DNA of 63,985 bases, the filler included, from Octopus bimaculoides (taxonomy: Eukaryota): the NCBI RefSeq assembly GCF_001194135.2. It is 7 parts of 4 records of this genome, joined end to end, with 100 filler letters (N's around TTAATTAATTAA, not from the genome) between each part and the next. Parts side by side here need not be neighbours in the genome. Positions count along the whole stretch, not along the records: positions 51,409 to 62,868 come from NC_068983.1; positions 62,969 to 63,985 come from NC_068988.1; 5 more parts are not named here. One strand, written 5' to 3'. Below the pieces are notes generated by a model that saw only the letters and a list, made by a program, of their open reading frames with translations, was not told where the DNA came from and searched no databases. Made by a program: the position numbers and the translations under genes. Numbering within the stretch: position 1 is the stretch's first letter; the number at the start of each line of letters is the position of its first letter. Below, in pieces: positions 62,846 through 63,985 of this stretch.

Positions 62846-63985
62846 GAAGAAGTAAGCCCTTTTCATTGNNNNNNNNNNNNNNNNNNNNNNNNNNNNNNNN
62901 NNNNNNNNNNNNTTAATTAATTAANNNNNNNNNNNNNNNNNNNNNNNNNNNNNNNNNNNNNNNNNNNNAAATAAAAATAAAAATAAAAATAAGGGTACAG
63001 CAGGAAAAAATAATAATAATAAAGAATACATAAATGAAGGTATAGCATGTGGGACATGCAAAAATATAAAAAAGATATATGTCAAAAAACCCTTAAAAAT
63101 ACAAGGCACCCGAAAAGCCTACAAACATTATAGATAGGTCGCTATAGGCACTCCAATGCACATCTATATGTGTGGGTTCGTGTGCACAGCCTTACTCGGA
63201 TGTCCCCTTACTCTCATGTGTGCATATACAAGTTTTTATAAGCAAACATTCCACCACATACGCTGTTTGTGGTATCAGCTCTATTAGCCGTATCTAGAAA
63301 GCTGTAAGTGTTCTTTAGAAAAGAAGTTTTGTTGAGTGTGTGTGTGTCATTTCTGTATATATTGGAAGGTTCTATGTAGAAGTTCATTTTATACAAGTTA
63401 TTAATGTTCTAGTAGCAATAACAGTGATGGTGACGATGATGGTGACAACAACAACAATAACAACAACAACAACAACAACAACAATAATATGCCAAACTTT
63501 CAAACTTAGCGGTGTAAGATATCCTGTTGCCTCTTCCAACGGCTCTACCATTCTGTTGCTAATGGGGGATGGTTAATTACTACCGTTAACTTCCTCCTTC
63601 CAATTGGGCAACTATTGTTTTAAACTGCCCACGCTTAGCTACGGTTGGATAGCCACTGGCCGGTCAAGATGCTAGCCTGCCTGCGCACCCCGCCCCACAC
63701 GCGTGAAATGTATATCCCCCCGTACTCACGCTCATGCGTGCGTGTATGTATATACATATGTATGCGCGCAGCCACACATCTCCTAATTCTATAGCCACAA
63801 CAGTAACAATGAGGATAAATACATTCTCATCTATACATATCCAGATATACATCCTTATACACATTATGTCCCCTCACATATACCCATACTTATTCATACA
63901 TACACAACTGTGTGGCCAACTATCATTACATCCGTATGTACACAACTACATACCTACCTACATACTCACCTATACATATACACAT

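Overview
AT-rich, repeat-dense animal DNA, most likely an octopus (cephalopod) scaffold. The taxon call is my recognition of the SINE and LINE families, not a database result. Many stretches are N gaps, and six gaps carry an artificial TTAATTAATTAA join marker. Only one host coding exon is recognisable by family: the first coding exon of a claudin/PMP22-family gene at 50267-50522 (+). Several unnamed candidate exons lie in a CpG-depleted block at 12.6-36.5 kb. The rest is mostly tRNA-derived SINEs, RTE LINE fragments, an R4/Dong-like fragment, Penelope-like (PLE) fragments, mariner relics, hAT MITEs with target-site duplications (TSDs), foldbacks and microsatellites. The main non-obvious signal is a set of type I minimal hammerhead ribozyme (HHR) motifs from three unrelated repeat families. 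They include a 156-nt palindrome holding two divergent HHRs, a tRNA-headed HHR element split by a LINE, and an HHR abutting a large inverted PLE duplication. Other highlights are a PHD-type finger inside the RT domain of the local RTE family and tandem C2H2 fingers at another RTE C-terminus. Repeat boundaries are approximate unless TIRs or TSDs define them.
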